In this document: positions 14,501-29,100 of the stretch, piece after piece | Layout: each line of letters starts with the position of its first letter | How positions within the stretch are numbered: the first letter of the stretch is position 1 | Source of the DNA: Nageia nagi | Taxonomy: Eukaryota; Plantae; Pinophyta | Reading direction: 5' to 3' | Length of the DNA: 64,000 nucleotides | Assembly: GCA_050084985.1 (NCBI GenBank) | Contig: JBITNC010000001.1 | Coordinates: forward strand, 148,800,001 to 148,864,000 | Notes under the pieces: model-generated | Databases searched by the model: none | The model's input: only the letters and a program-made list of their open reading frames with translations | What the model was told of the DNA's origin: nothing | Program-made: the position numbers and the translations under genes

Positions 14501-17119
14501 TTGTTGGTTTGATAGGACAATGCCTGCAGGAGGTACCTTATAAATCTTATTATGGTTTTTACCTGTGTGGTTTCTTTCAGACTTTATATACACAACTCAG
14601 TTATTATATATTTCTATATTATTTTTTGGTAGCATATTGGAGGTTAATGCAATTGTTTTCTAATTTTATTTTCATTAATTCTTGAGATAGAGACGGCAAA
14701 ATTAGTCTTTCATAACCAAGTTTCATTCTTGTGTAGGATACATAGAAACTGCGAGGAAAGTATATGCATATGTTGAACAGGTCATACATTTTCGAGAGGA
14801 CTTGAAGCGATATGAGATGGTCAAAGGTAAGCACCACTTCAGTATTGGGGAAAGATTAATATTGTTGGATTTCAGGTGGGCTGTGAGTCCATATATTGCA
14901 CAAATCACATTTCCTTTGAAATTGAACAGTTTGGCATATGATGGTTATACATTTTTTGCCTTCATAGGGATGCTAATTCAAATTACTGGAATTTGCATGC
15001 ACTTTGTTTGTAAAGATTTTTAGGGGCCTATCTGAAGTCCATAATACACAGGAATGTGTGTTATTAGGAACCTTGTAAACATTATGCACCAATGGAAGTT
15101 GCTGGTAGAGCTTGAACAAGGCAATCTACTTTGCATTGTTAATTGTTTTGGGTTCAACAAGGCTAGTTTCATATTGAGTAGATCCAAGGCTGGGTAAGTG
15201 ACTTTGCATGATAATTACATTTAATTTTGTAGTCAATTTATGCTACCTCATTTTGTTTCTAGCTAGATATTACTGCTCAAAATGCAACTTTTAGGGGAGT
15301 TCTCTAGAGAAGATAATTTGGAGATTCATATATGGCATAATCTCCAGGTCAAGTTCTCAAATGAAAAAGAGTTTGATGAAATTGGAAATTAATTACCTAA
15401 CTGAAAGCTCACAATCTTAGCCTAGATGTATCTTTGGGCTATACTACTGAATCTTAGCTTTGAAGTTCATATTGAATTCTTGTGGACGAGTCTAGTGGTA
15501 GGCCCTTGTTTGTAGAAGTGGATAATCCAACATGTATAGGTCAGGATCATAACCTACTGTGGTAGAATGGGCAGGAGCCATTGTAATGTTGTCATCAGAG
15601 GAAGTTTGTTTTTAAATAAATAAAAATGTCTGTTGTGATAAAAATATATAGCCACATATATAGTACAATATTAATTTAAAAATATTAAAAATACAACTGT
15701 AGAAAATATAAAAAATAAAACATTATATTTGCTAACATTATAACTCAATAACATAATTTAATTAAAATAAATAAAATTTTAAAAATTATTATTATTAATA
15801 TTAACAAGAAGAAGAAGATTAAAGTACATAACAATTTATTGAAAACAAACCAAAGATATAGATAAGATTATTGAGTTATCCACCCAAATAACTTAAATAG
15901 GCATCTTAATTTGATCTCTCTGCATTTGCCAGATTATGTATTTAGTATATCTTATCTATTGTAGATGATGCTATAGCTTTCTTGTAACATGATTTACATT
16001 TTTTTTACCTATATGTGTGACGACATTGGTCTTGTGTGGAATGCCTAGCATCTAGTGCATGAGTTGAAAACCTTTGGGAATCCAATTCAAAAGGCTTAAA
16101 GACAATATAGTCTGCACTTCAAGTTTAGCCTCACTTTAAATGTTTTTTAGACTGAAAAGTCACTATGACAGATCTGAACAGAGTGGTTTTATTTTAAGCA
16201 TTTACATTATGATTGTTTCTTTTCTCTTAGTTGAATGATTCCAAGAAGCAATTCCTGAGTCTTGTGATGGTTTTCTCTTCTGATCTCATGGAAATGATTA
16301 ACCTTGATAATGGGTCTTTCATTTTGTCATAAACAATATATATCTTGGATCTAATAATCCTTTCTATGTTCATCCCAGTTTATCACTGTGGATTGTTTTA
16401 GCTCATATTGCAGCACTTTTTAAGCATTCAAAGAAAGAATCTAGATTAATGATGTGAAGAGAGTTGATGTGCACATAGCAATAAAGAAGTAACAATATGT
16501 CTTTGGGTGAGATATTTCATTGGAAGGGTACAATTCTATATAATTTGAGGTATATTTTGAAGTAAAGCTTTTCTGTGCCACAGTCCATAATTATTACTTC
16601 ATATGTCTTGTTTAAACATGTGCTGCTGAGATCAGCGGGTCTGAAGCTTCTTTTACATCATGCAAGGCTATTTCGTTTGCGTCTTCTGGAAAACTCTATT
16701 GTCATACTCAAATGGCTACAGTCATATTGGTCAGTAAAGCATTCTCTTTTGTTTCTCGTCTTTCTTATAGCAATTATGTGCATACACCCACCTCTTATGA
16801 TAAAAACTCTTTGCTGTTTGCAGCATACATAGTAATGCACAGCTGAGAGATGCTGCCTTTCCAGCATTTGAGCAATTTATCTCAGAAGTAAGGGTGACCA
16901 TGATCTTTCAATTTTGACATATATTCACAGATGTTTGCTTGGTCGAGTTCATTTGTATTCACTATTCTTGTTTGTAATATTGATTCTTTGAATAAATTTT
17001 TATAAGGGAAAGATAATTTGTTCTGTTGTGGAGACCATATCTTTTGTTGGTCTAGTTGGTTCTTGTGCTTTATTCAAGTTCATTCCTAAATTGTCTAAAA
17101 TGGATTTCCGATCCCTTTA

Positions 17120-17176
<57 letters not shown>

Positions 17177-20100
17177 CTTTCTCCATCAAGAAACAACGGT
17201 TCCTCCATAGAGACCAAGAAACAAATAGATTTTACTTGTGGCCAAAGGTAGGAGCAAGGTTAGACCCCTTTACCATATCAGTGGATGTCTCCAAAACACC
17301 AAAGGATTTTAAGTCCTCTTCAATCTGTCCAACTGTTTGGATCTCCTCTGCAATGAAATCCTTGCTGGTATAAGTGTCTTCCTTGGAAACAATCTTTTGT
17401 TTTAACAAAATATCAGTATCCAGATTGTGCTTCTTTGGACCTCATCTACAGTGACATTCCCTAATCCATGTATACAAAGTGGAACAACTTGGTTGATTCA
17501 TCATAAATATCAACTAATGCATTCAATAAAACTGAATAAATTTCAAGTTCTGGTATGTAGACAACACCCATGATGTCAGAAGTCATTGTGCAATTCTTGC
17601 CAACCCTAGGATTGCCTAGCAAATTCTGCAAGCCCAAGCAGAGGTACAAACTCTAATAAATCCTTGTTTTGAAAGCTTGGCTTAAAGTTGTAGACCTAGA
17701 CATGTTGGTGATATAGGAATGATTGAAACCAACAAAACTTTAAATATATATCGAAAAATGGTTGGCAAGAGCAAGAAAAATTGACAAAGAAGTGGTGAAA
17801 AGGAGCCTACGATGTCTAGATAGTTTATATAGCTAGTGAAGTAGTTTTGCATTAATGTAGTTGTTTTATTCTCAATTGATAGGAATGGATGGTCAACGAC
17901 AATAGCTGTTGTCATTTAACAGAAAAAGTGCAATTATTTGGTACTGAATGTGCTAGTTTGTTGAATGGTTTGAAGGTGGTAGATAGGTGGTTATGGCGCT
18001 ACTAACTGATTGAAAGGTATATAAAGAAAGTACATGACCTTATGTATTCATTGTTTACTATCCTGTAATTAAAATACCATCATCAACAACAGAAGCCAAG
18101 CTTGATTGTGCTTTTTTTCCAAAAGTTAGTTTCAGAAGGCTCTTCTGCAACCAATATTTCAAAAAATCGTAACAAGGACACTTGTATGCTATGCAACAGA
18201 GAGTGCAGCATACATTTGTCTCATTCAACAAAATTGACAGCTTTGGACCAGTAAAAATTCTCCTATTAATTTTAGAACTTGATTGACCATTCCATCAATT
18301 ATGTTTGTCATCTGATCTCTCATCAGTTTCGGGAATACCAGGGAGCCTATGTTGCCATTGTGATAGAAATATGGCTACTGATACTCGTTAGGCAGTTTTT
18401 AGGTACTCTTTAATATAACACTGTATGGGCACAACAAGGATTTGTTGATTTAGATTGGGTTGGAGATTTTGATTGTCAAAGATTCAGAAGTGGTTATTAA
18501 TTTAACTTGTTTGGTGGAGTAGTTAGCTGGATGGAGTATGAACAATAGGCAAGTTGTAACTGCACTCTCAACTACAAAAGCTAAATTTATGGCAACCACT
18601 CATGCAAGGAAGCAATATGGTTACAAACATTTTGTCGATGTTGGCTTCATGCATGGAGCTATAAGGATAAGTTGTTATAGTTAAAGCTCAATCATTTTGG
18701 AAAAGAATCTTGCTTTCCATTGTAAGACAAATCATATTGAGATGTAGTATGAAGTATCATTTTATTATAGACATGGTTGAAGACAAGAAGGTGTCATTGG
18801 AAAATGTTGCAGATTTAGTAACCAAGTCTACGAGTGTTGAGATGTTTTTGTGGTGCAGGAAGATGTTGTGCCTGCACAACACACCCCAAAATATAAGATT
18901 TTGGGGGGGACCCTATTTTTGGAAAGGCAATGAGGTGCATTGCCTTGAGATTGGCTTTTGGTGATAGATATTTGATTTTGAAGAGTGCAAACACGATATC
19001 ATTTGACAAAGACCCTAAAGAATATTGGAGTATCCAATGACCAGTTTTGCAACCGAGGAGCCAGCATCTAGAGAGTTCACCAGTACACATGATTTTTGGG
19101 TCTTGAATGAGGTTAGTGGAGATGGGGTTATTTTTCAAAGTTTCCCAGAGTAGAAATTCGAAAGCACCAGACTATGAAAGGCGAGAATTCAAGTAGTTTT
19201 AGGCTTGGAATTTTTGAAATCCGCCCAAAGATGCAAAATTTATTCAAAGGAGGGGCTTTTGAAGGTTATTTCTTACAAACCACACAATCACCATCCAAAT
19301 GGATTGAAAAGAGGAAAATCCATGGATCTTAATGAAAAATTTTGAAATTTTTTTAAGGCATGGGTGGATGGAAAATGGCATCTGGAGCAACTTTGGTATT
19401 CAATTTTTTGCATGAAAATTAAGTTTTGGGCCCCTAAAAGATAAATGCTCATTTTGAGGAAGATTTATGGAAGGAAAAAAAATTGAAATCGCTCCTAAAA
19501 CAGCTGCTTAAGAAAAAAGGGTGCAATTTTGAGCCTAAACAGAAATTTGATCACATGATTGCATGGAAAATGGCATTTGGAGCAACTTTGGTTTTAAATT
19601 CAGACTTTTGGAAAAAAATCAAGTCTAAGGCCTCAAAAAGTTAGGCAGCACTTTTGGGCATGATTCAACAAAAAAAACTCATAATTTCATAAAAAAATTC
19701 ATGATTTCACAAAAAAACTCATGATTTCACAAAAACAACTCATGATTTCACAAAAAGTAACTCATGATTTCATAAAAAAACTTATGATTTCACAAAAACT
19801 CCTGATTTCACAAAAAAACTTATGATTTCTTGAGAAAAGTCAACAACTCAAGAATGTAAGAAAATAAAGTTTGTCTTATCCGATGAGATTTTGACAAGTG
19901 GCAAAATCCAAATTTTGGGCGAAAATGAAAATTTTGGCAATTATGTGTAGAATGGTGAGGAGCATCCATTCCCCTTGAAAATTTTGAAAAAGATGAAAAA
20001 ATGAAGATTTTGTAGCTAGGAGGCACTTTTGGGCATGATTTCTTGAAAAGAGAAGAAAAAAAGTTGTCCTATTCCAATGAGATGTTACAAGTGGCAAAAT

Positions 20101-23100
20101 CCAAATTTTTGGCAATAATGAAAATTTTGAGGATCATGTGTAGAATAGTGAGAAGCATCCATCCCCCTTGGAATTTTTTGAAACAAGTGAAATTTGAGCA
20201 AGATATGACTATTTGATCATTTTGGAGAGGAAGGGTTCTGAAAAAGCTTGAACCACTTCCATCTCACCAGTGGGAACACAGGTATTTTGGCAAAAGCTCA
20301 AACTCTAAATAAAAAACATGGGTATTTTGAGGAACACCAAGCTGAGCATCTTTAACCTTGGAGGAATTGCCCAAAAAGCCAACGTCCACACTTGCAAGAG
20401 AGCTCATTGCCAAAAACCTCCAAAATACAAACAAAATGGCTCAAAAATCCCAAATTTTGCTTCCAAGCTCCAAAAACCTCCAAATAAAGCTCAAACATCT
20501 TCAAAATCCATCTCCAATCCATCTATGATCATATAAGATCCTTCTGGGCACTTTTTAAAATTTTTATAAATTTCAACCCCCACACCCACCCCCTTCATTT
20601 CTCACATTTTAGACCAAAAATCCACATTTTCAGAAAATGCTCACAAAACCCTCAAAAGTTTGCGAAGATCACTCAAATCAATGGTGGAATCCACATTTCA
20701 GCGAAAAGGGTACTAAAAGATGGTGGAGGAGATCCAAAATAGGCTCAAGATCCACAAGATCCTTTGTAAAAGGATCAATTTTCATGTATATAGATCTAAA
20801 GTGGTTAAAAGGATTAATATTTTCTCCTACCACTTAAAATGTAAGTTCATTTTAGTTTGCATTTCAATTAGCCTAGATTAGAATTATGGCAACACCAAAA
20901 GTGAGCTCCAAAAGTCTATAAATAGAGCATAGGGGGTCTCATTTTGACAGAGGATGTTCAAATCCAAAAAAAGGCCAATTTTCATGAAAACTGAAATTTT
21001 TTGTAATTGAGGAGCAAACTGATGTACTCATGCATAACTCTTTAGCAAACATAATATATGTTGGGAAGGAAACCTTTCCTCGATGATCGCCTAGATGATC
21101 AAGACGGGAAAGTGACCCAACATTTAGGTGAGAACGCGTTACTGAACTCTTCTTGTAAGGATTTATACCCTAAGGTTTCTATCTGAAAGCTCGCATCATT
21201 AATACGAGCTTTAAATTGTGTAGGTCTTGTTTGAGAGTCAACTGATTGGTGTAGTAGAAGTAGTAATTGTTAACACACGTTTTTATACGGACTGAAGTGT
21301 TTTATCTTGCAATAGTTTTAAAGAAAGCGTAAAATAAAGAAAATAAAAGTGAGAATGAGGCCGAATACTGGCTAGACTTCAAAGAGGAAATCACAATGCA
21401 GCATTGTCTAAACTTTCTTTCTCACGGATCGGTTAAGAAATCTTGTTCAATTCAATCAAGTCTTTGAAGCAAATGACTATTGTCCAATCATTCCAAAGAT
21501 GAGCGAGAAGCGGGGCTGATTGTTGGTACTCTGCAAGCAAGATCTATGCAATCAAATGGATTAAGCACGAGTGAAGGTGAACAGTTTTGAACAAGAAGTC
21601 TAGGAAGATATCTTAAGAGAAAGTCAATTCAGAATACAAAACATTTAATGTGCGAGCAATGGATTAGCAACAATTCAAATATTTTAGAAAATTTGCAACA
21701 AAATTGAAAATTTGAAGTTTTAAATGTGCTCAAAATGGCATTTTCCATGCAAATAAGTGGTCAAATTTTATTTTTGGACAAAATTTGCTATTTCTCCTCA
21801 ACTTAGGAGCTCATTTTCACCTCTATGGATCTTTAAACAGCTCCAAACCTGCGCCTAACATTTAGGTGCCTTTTCCTTGCTCAAAATGCAAAAATTCGAG
21901 TTTTAAATGTGCTTGAAATGAGGTTTTCCATTCTCCTAAGCCTTCAAAATCGAATTTTGAGCGCATACAAATTTGTCTCTTCAACCTAGGTGCCAATTTT
22001 CACTTGATTGGAATTCCATTGGCTTGAAAAACTGCGCCTAACCTTTTGGGCTGAAAAACTTGACCAAAATCGAAAATTTTGAGTATTAAAATAGCTTAGA
22101 ATGGTCTTTTCTATCAACCCATGAACTCAAACTTGACTTGTGACAAAAATTTATCTTTTCTCATGCTAGGCGCCAAAATTCACCCCATTGGATTTCCATA
22201 GTCATGAAAAGATGCGCCTAGCCTTTAGGGGTTCCAAACTTTCTCAAAATCGAAAACTTTAAGACCTTAAAATAGCCTTTTCCATCCATTTATGCACTTA
22301 GACTTGTCTTTTAGTGAAAACCCATTTTTCCTTCTCAACCTAGGCGCCAATTTGTACTTCATTGGATTTCTATTGGCATGAAAACATGCGCCTAAGCTTG
22401 AAGGGCTCAAAACTTGGTCAAAATTGAAAATTTAAAGCCCTAATTGTGTTGGAATTCACCTGATCTCTCCAATGATGCTCTTAGACTTGATTTTCGACAC
22501 CATTTGCATCTATCTCTTGAAGGTAGATACCATTTTCCACTCCTTTGGATCACCAATACGTTGGAAAAACATGCCTAGGTTGTAGCTTTTACGTTCCGAA
22601 CCTATCTTTGCCATTTCCAAGCTCAAACCTGATCAAATTTGCATTTTCCATCACTTCTAAGCTCTAACTCTACTTTTTCGATCATTTGCGATTTTTCGAG
22701 CTCAAACTTTGCATTTTTGAGCTCAAACTTGACCAAAAGGTTGTTTTCATCATATTCACCATTTTCAAGCTCAAAATTTGGTCAAAATGTAGTTTTTACC
22801 ATACTGGCCATTTTTGAGCACAAAACTTGAAAAATGACCCATCTCCACTGGTCTCACTTTGAACCCAAAAATCTGTGCTCTGATGAAATCTTCCAAATCT
22901 TGGCTCCTTGGCTGCAAAATTGGTGATTGGATATTTTGATTCTCTTTAGGGTCTTCGTCGCATGATCTCTTTGTATGGCTTCCTGATATCATGTTTGCAT
23001 TCTTCAGAATGAACTATCCGTTGCCAAAAGCCAATCTCAAGGCAATGCACCTCATTGCCTTTGTAAAAATAGGGTCCCCAAAATCTTGTATTTTGGGGTG

Positions 23101-26100
23101 TGTTGTGTGGGCACAACAATATTTAACATTTCCTTTTTGTAAAAATTAGTTAATTTTAGAATTTGGGGATTCCCTTTTTGTAAATATATACTTTTTCAAA
23201 TAATTGTTGCTAATTCTTTGCGATAGAATTATAAAGGTCTATTGGACCCACTTGTGAGCCCCATGAGGGATGTTTTCCTCCCAAGCTAGGATATGTTTTT
23301 TATTATTATTTAATGTACTTGGAGATCCCAAATATGATTGTAGCAATCCCAAGGCTTGTATAGCACCTAGCATATGGATAAACAAATATTTTCCTCAATG
23401 TTGGATTTGGAAGCACTTGTACACATGCGCCAGCCGTGGGGAGAGTCCTAGACCCCCATGTTGGCGCTTGATGACCCCTTGCACCCACGCATGACTCCTA
23501 GACCCATGTTGCACCTTGGACCCCCACGTGGCATGCGTGACACCTTAGGACCTCACGTTGAGCATTTATGACCCTTGGGTACCCATGTTGGGCATACCTG
23601 ACCCCTAGGCACCCACGTTGGAGTTCTTGGGTCTCCAAAAGGCCAACATTGAGATTAAGACGTTGGAGATGACTTCTAGGTGAGATCTAGATCTAGTAAG
23701 AGCTATATAAGGCTAAGGAGCCTCATATTTGAGATAGACTTTATTATTATATTGAAACCCTTCTCTTCGGAGCTATCAAAGACTTGGTGGTGTCAAAAAC
23801 CCTTGGGTGTGGAGCATAAGGAGAATGCATGAGGCTTAGGATACCTTCTATCTTACACGGTTGGGGTGTTGTTCATGCGAGTGAGGCTTCCCTACCCCGA
23901 GGTGTCCACAAGTGGTCTACATCTTTGAATCCATTCTGTGGCATTTTGGAAGCACTCCTGATCTCTTCACCAGGAGCTAGTTTGTGAGGGAGCCCTTCAG
24001 TGAGGCATACACAATGCTGGTAGGAGGTGGTTGTTCTATCCAGTTTCTAGTATCTATCTCAGCATTGCATGTGCCCTAGTTGGCTCATTGGAGGCCAACG
24101 TTGAGCCCTTTGGGCTTGGTATTGTATCATTTGCTATTTTCTCATCATTAATGTAGCCATGGGCACCTTGAATCTCTATCATAGTCTCATTGCATGATGT
24201 TCATGCTTCTATCTCTACCATGTTGAGCTATCTTGAGTATTTATGCTTGTGTATTGCAACGTTGGCATATCTGGATGTGTTTGGCATTGTATTTGAGCAT
24301 TGGTGCACGACGTTGGGCATTTAAGTGATATTCTTGCTTGTAAAGGTGATCGTTGGCATTCCTGGCTTGTCTTTGAATATTATTGATGCCCTAGATCAGA
24401 CTTGGCATGCCCGAGGGCTAGTTTGATATTTTAAAGTGTTTAATTTGACTAATTTCTGCGTTGAGTATTTTTGTGGATATTACATAATATAAATGGCTAA
24501 AAATTGATTCAAAGTGTTTTTTCATCTATTGCAGTTGTGGATTGATCCTTCGAGAGCAATTTTTGTAATTCGAACATTTTTGTGCCCTCTCTTTGAAAAC
24601 TTTCATGTTTTAGGACAGGTTGTTGGAAACATTTCAAAAATGTTTGAATTGTTGCTAATCCATTGCTTGCATGTTAAATGCTTTGTATTCTGAATTGACT
24701 TTTCTTTTAAGACATATTCCTAGACCTCTTATTCAAAACCGTTCACCCCCACTCACATTTAGTCCATTTGATTGCTCGGTTTTGCTTGTAGATTATCGAC
24801 AATCAGCTCCACTCTTTGCTCATCTTTGGAATGATTGGACAAGAATCATTCATTTCAAAGACTTGATTGAATTGAACAAGATTTCTTAAGTGATCCGAGA
24901 GAAAGAAAATTTAGATAATGCTGCATTGTGATTGCCTCTTTGAAATCCAACCGATATTTGCCTTATTCTTACCCTTTTCTTTTCTTTATTTTTACTTTCT
25001 TTAAAACCATAGCAACTTTCAAACTATTGCGAGATAGACACCTCAATCCTTAAAAAAACATGTGTTAACAATTACTACCTCTACTACATCACTCAACTGA
25101 TTCCCAAACAAAACCTACACCAATTTAAAGCTTGTATTAATGACACAAGCTTTCCGATAGAAACCTTGGTGTAGCAGTCTTTACAAGAGGAGTTCTGTAA
25201 CGCGTTCTCACCCATTGTTGGGTTGCTTTCCTGTCTTGATCGTCTCGCAACAATCACCGAGTAAGAGGAAAGATTTTCTTCCCAACATAAGACAAAGGGC
25301 CTGGTTGCCTCAAGCAATTGATCTTTGATTTGTATAGTCCCTATTGCAAAGTATTTCACAAGTGGGAGATTGTTGTATTTGTTGTGATGATCCAAAATGC
25401 AATTTGATACAAAATAGGCAAATTCAACCTCAATCACCTCGATGTTAGGCCTAGGGCATTCACAACAAGCATTCAAACCCTCAATATGGCAATGTTAGGG
25501 TTAAGGCATCAATATTCTATATGCACAACATTAATATACCCATGTCTAGCTAGAACATGCAATATTTAATCAACAATACACTACAATGCCAACGCCTGAT
25601 AAATACAAGCATATACAACAATGATGATCCAACGCATTCACAAGTTGAATAAACACAACACTAGTATGAGATCCAATTGCCCTTGGCATTATACAAATGA
25701 TATTGAATGATGCAATACAATACCAAGCCTAGGAGGGTTGGCATTGGCCTCTCATGAGCCAACTACGGCACAACACAAATATTCTCTAACTGGAACAATA
25801 TGGGCACCATGGGATAGTACGCTCCCTCAAAACTTGAATCCTCTCCATCTAAGGAGTCTTCCTTTGATCCTTGGATAACCAAGTGAATGGTAGAAGCAAT
25901 ACCTTAGAATACCATAGGGTGGACAAGGGCGCTGTGCCAATGCCGTAGACAGACAAGATCCCTCATCATGAATGTCCTGTAGATGTTGCGCCTAGGAAGT
26001 TTGCTTAGCACCTTTAAGACTTGTTATCCTCTGGACGATATGAAAGTATAATGATCAAAGTATATCTAGTAATGAGGCTCCAGGGGTTAATATAGCCTTT

Positions 26101-29100
26101 CTAGATCCAAATTACACTTCAATGTTGTCACCCAATCCCCTCATGCCCCAATGTTGGCACCTAGAAGTTAGTCCATCCCCAACATGGGTATTTGGGTCAA
26201 CCTAATGCTCCACGTGGACCCAGGAATGCATGCGTGGGTCTAGGAGGCATGCATGGGTACTTAGGCGGGCAACGTAGGTCTCAAAGGCCAACGTGGGGGT
26301 CTAGAAGTGTCCCCATGGTTGGCGCAGGTGTACTAATGCTCCCAATCTCAACTTTGGAGTCATTAAGTGCTCATCCGTCCACTAGATGCTAAATAGACCT
26401 TGGGATTCCCCCAATCATGTATCAAGATCTCCAAGTATAATAAGAACACCTAATCTAAGCTTAGAAGGGAGATGTCCGACTTGGGGCTCACAGTGGGGTC
26501 AATTGACCCATTAAGTCTCCTATCCTAAGTTACAAACATGAAAGTACAATATATTAATAAAATATATTACAAGACATCTCAATCGAACCTTATAATCAAT
26601 TACAACTTAGCAAAGGGGACATCACAACAATTACTACATCTACTACATCACTCAACTGATTCCCAAACAAGACCTACACCAATTTAAAGCTTGTATTAAC
26701 GACATATGCTTTTCAATAGAAACCTTGGGGTAGCAATCTTTACAAGAGGAGTTTAGTAACACGTTTTCACCCATTGTTGGGTTGCTTTCCTATCTTGATC
26801 GTTTGCTACAATCATCGAGTAAGAGGAAAGATTTCCTTCCCAACATAAAACAAAGAGCTTGGTTGCCTCAAGCAATTGAACTTGTAATTTGTACAGTCCC
26901 TGCTGCAAAGTATTTCACAAGTGGGAGATTGTTGTATCATTTGAAGGAAAAAGGATGTACATCTAGGCATGATTGGTAGGGTTTAGGGATGTGACCCTAG
27001 CTTGGAGGTATGTGGGGGCCAATGACCCTCAAGAAGAGGAAGACAAAGGCCCCTCACAAAATTTACTTGTAACTATCAATAAAATTTTCCCGTAACTTTT
27101 GCTTTTTCATACTTTCATATATTCAAATTCTAGGGTATGAGTGGTTTTAACCCATAGTTTTATACCCAATGTATCCTAATATCACTTGGTTGTTTAGAGT
27201 TGTTTGATGCTACAAATACTTATATATTGTAAAGCACTTTATTGTCATAATATAATATGATAATATAAAAAAGAGGTTTACTTTGCCTTTGCTGCTTTTT
27301 CCTATTCAAGGGTTGTCATTTATTTGCATTATACTCTTCATTGACATAGTTTGCGGAACTTGTAAAACTAATATTTGACACACAACATAATTGAATATCT
27401 CCACCTATGGACGAAGCATATGGAATATAACATGATGAACAACACCTATGGACGAAGCATATGGAATATAACATGATGAACAATACCAACAATGTTAATA
27501 CAAAAAGGGGAACTAGAGGGAAGTACCCTTTGAAGATCCAACAATATGATTTGAAGAGAACAATAGATCAACTAATAGGCACAAAATAAGAATCATAGGA
27601 TATAGTGAGGAGAATGAGAACAATCAATTGTAGGATAGGAAGACAACCATATCAATTGTCATAGAACCTTGATTGGAAATGCCAACTGTTGGATTGGATC
27701 TAGGTATATGATTAAGGAACTCATTCACTATACAAGACGATCCAATTATCCACATATAGTAAACAAATAGATTAAGGGGAAATTGCCAAAGATTGGATCA
27801 CATCCTTGTTATATTTTACCCTTTGAAACATCAATTATGTAAGTAGAGTATGCATTGTTGTCATTCAAATATGAGAAGGGGGAGTAGCTTGGTGAAAGGA
27901 TGAACTTAAAATCTCTGGTAAGAATGCTTTTGGTTCAATTTTTGCAATGGATTCTTGGCAAGGACTTATGTAGGTGAGTACATGGCCTTCTAGGATCTGT
28001 CGTAGACCAAGTGATCTATGAGTGATTCAACAAGCAATGGGAGAAGCTTGACAACAACAAAAATTCAACATTTACAAGAATTGAAACACCAATCACACTA
28101 ATAACTTTAGGGGCAATTTTGTGGCGATAGCTGCAGATAGAAACAAGAATAATATTCATGAAACAAAATATTGGCATAATGGTTGCCAAAGCAACCCAAA
28201 AACAATACCCAAATAAAAAAATCAACAAATTGAATAACCAAAAGGAAAACCCAAAGTAACATAAAAAGCAACTAGAAGAACAAGACAAAGTAGAAGGGAA
28301 AGCATGCAATGAGGAAGGTAAGTGTCGACAAAAAAATAATGAGCAATGTATTGAATCATGCACATTTATTATGTCTATGGAATGAAAATAGTTTAATAGA
28401 CAATAAGTTGTATAGGCTCTAGCAAATAGGATTATGCAAATTTGACAAGAGGAGTTACAAAGAACTTATCTAGATGACGGAGAATTGGAAACTTGTGTGG
28501 ACATCTTGTGATCTTGGAGGATGAATCCTAGTTACAACCATATGATAGATTTGGATAATTTTGAAGATGATAATTTGAAGATGGTGATACCAAAAATGAT
28601 TATTTCAAAGATAATCTTGAAGATGATTCTATCTTGGATGATGCCAGGATTGATATACAAACATTTCAGATTACAACATCTATGTTTTGAGCCTAGATGC
28701 TAAAGCATCAAATGTTTTTGGGCATGGATGCTTGAACAATGGATGTTATGGGCTCTAGTGCTAGAATGTTGGGCATTCTAGGTTGGATGTTGAAACATTG
28801 GGGATTCTTGCTTGGACGCCTATTTTGATGCATGGCTTGCTCCTTCATCTTGATGATAATTTAAATTATCGTGATGATATTGCACTTTTCTTTGGATGAA
28901 CTTTGACAATAATAATGCTTATATATTATTGCTCTAATATCATGATATCTGAAATGAGCACTTGAGAGTGCCTTAGAAGGATTCATAAATTGAATTTTAG
29001 TTCACCTAGGTGGATCCACTTTGAACAATTTGATTAGAAGGTAATGCTAATTTAAAAAATTTCACTTAATTTAACCTTGATTTACTTAAAGTGGGTTCAA

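Larger units (their letters stand above)
18864..25287 (+). mobile_element. Solo LTR, family B copy 1 (~3.0 kb net), with nested B2 and A2
   Basis: TGTTG...CAACA; TSD GAAGA/TAAGA; TATAAATAG near 20917; similar to the 42197-45229 copy; splits the Copia RNaseH end. Confidence 0.8.

Noticed and set aside
17028-17373. ORFs with YIYIYI runs
   Set aside because: Translation of the (AT)n microsatellite.
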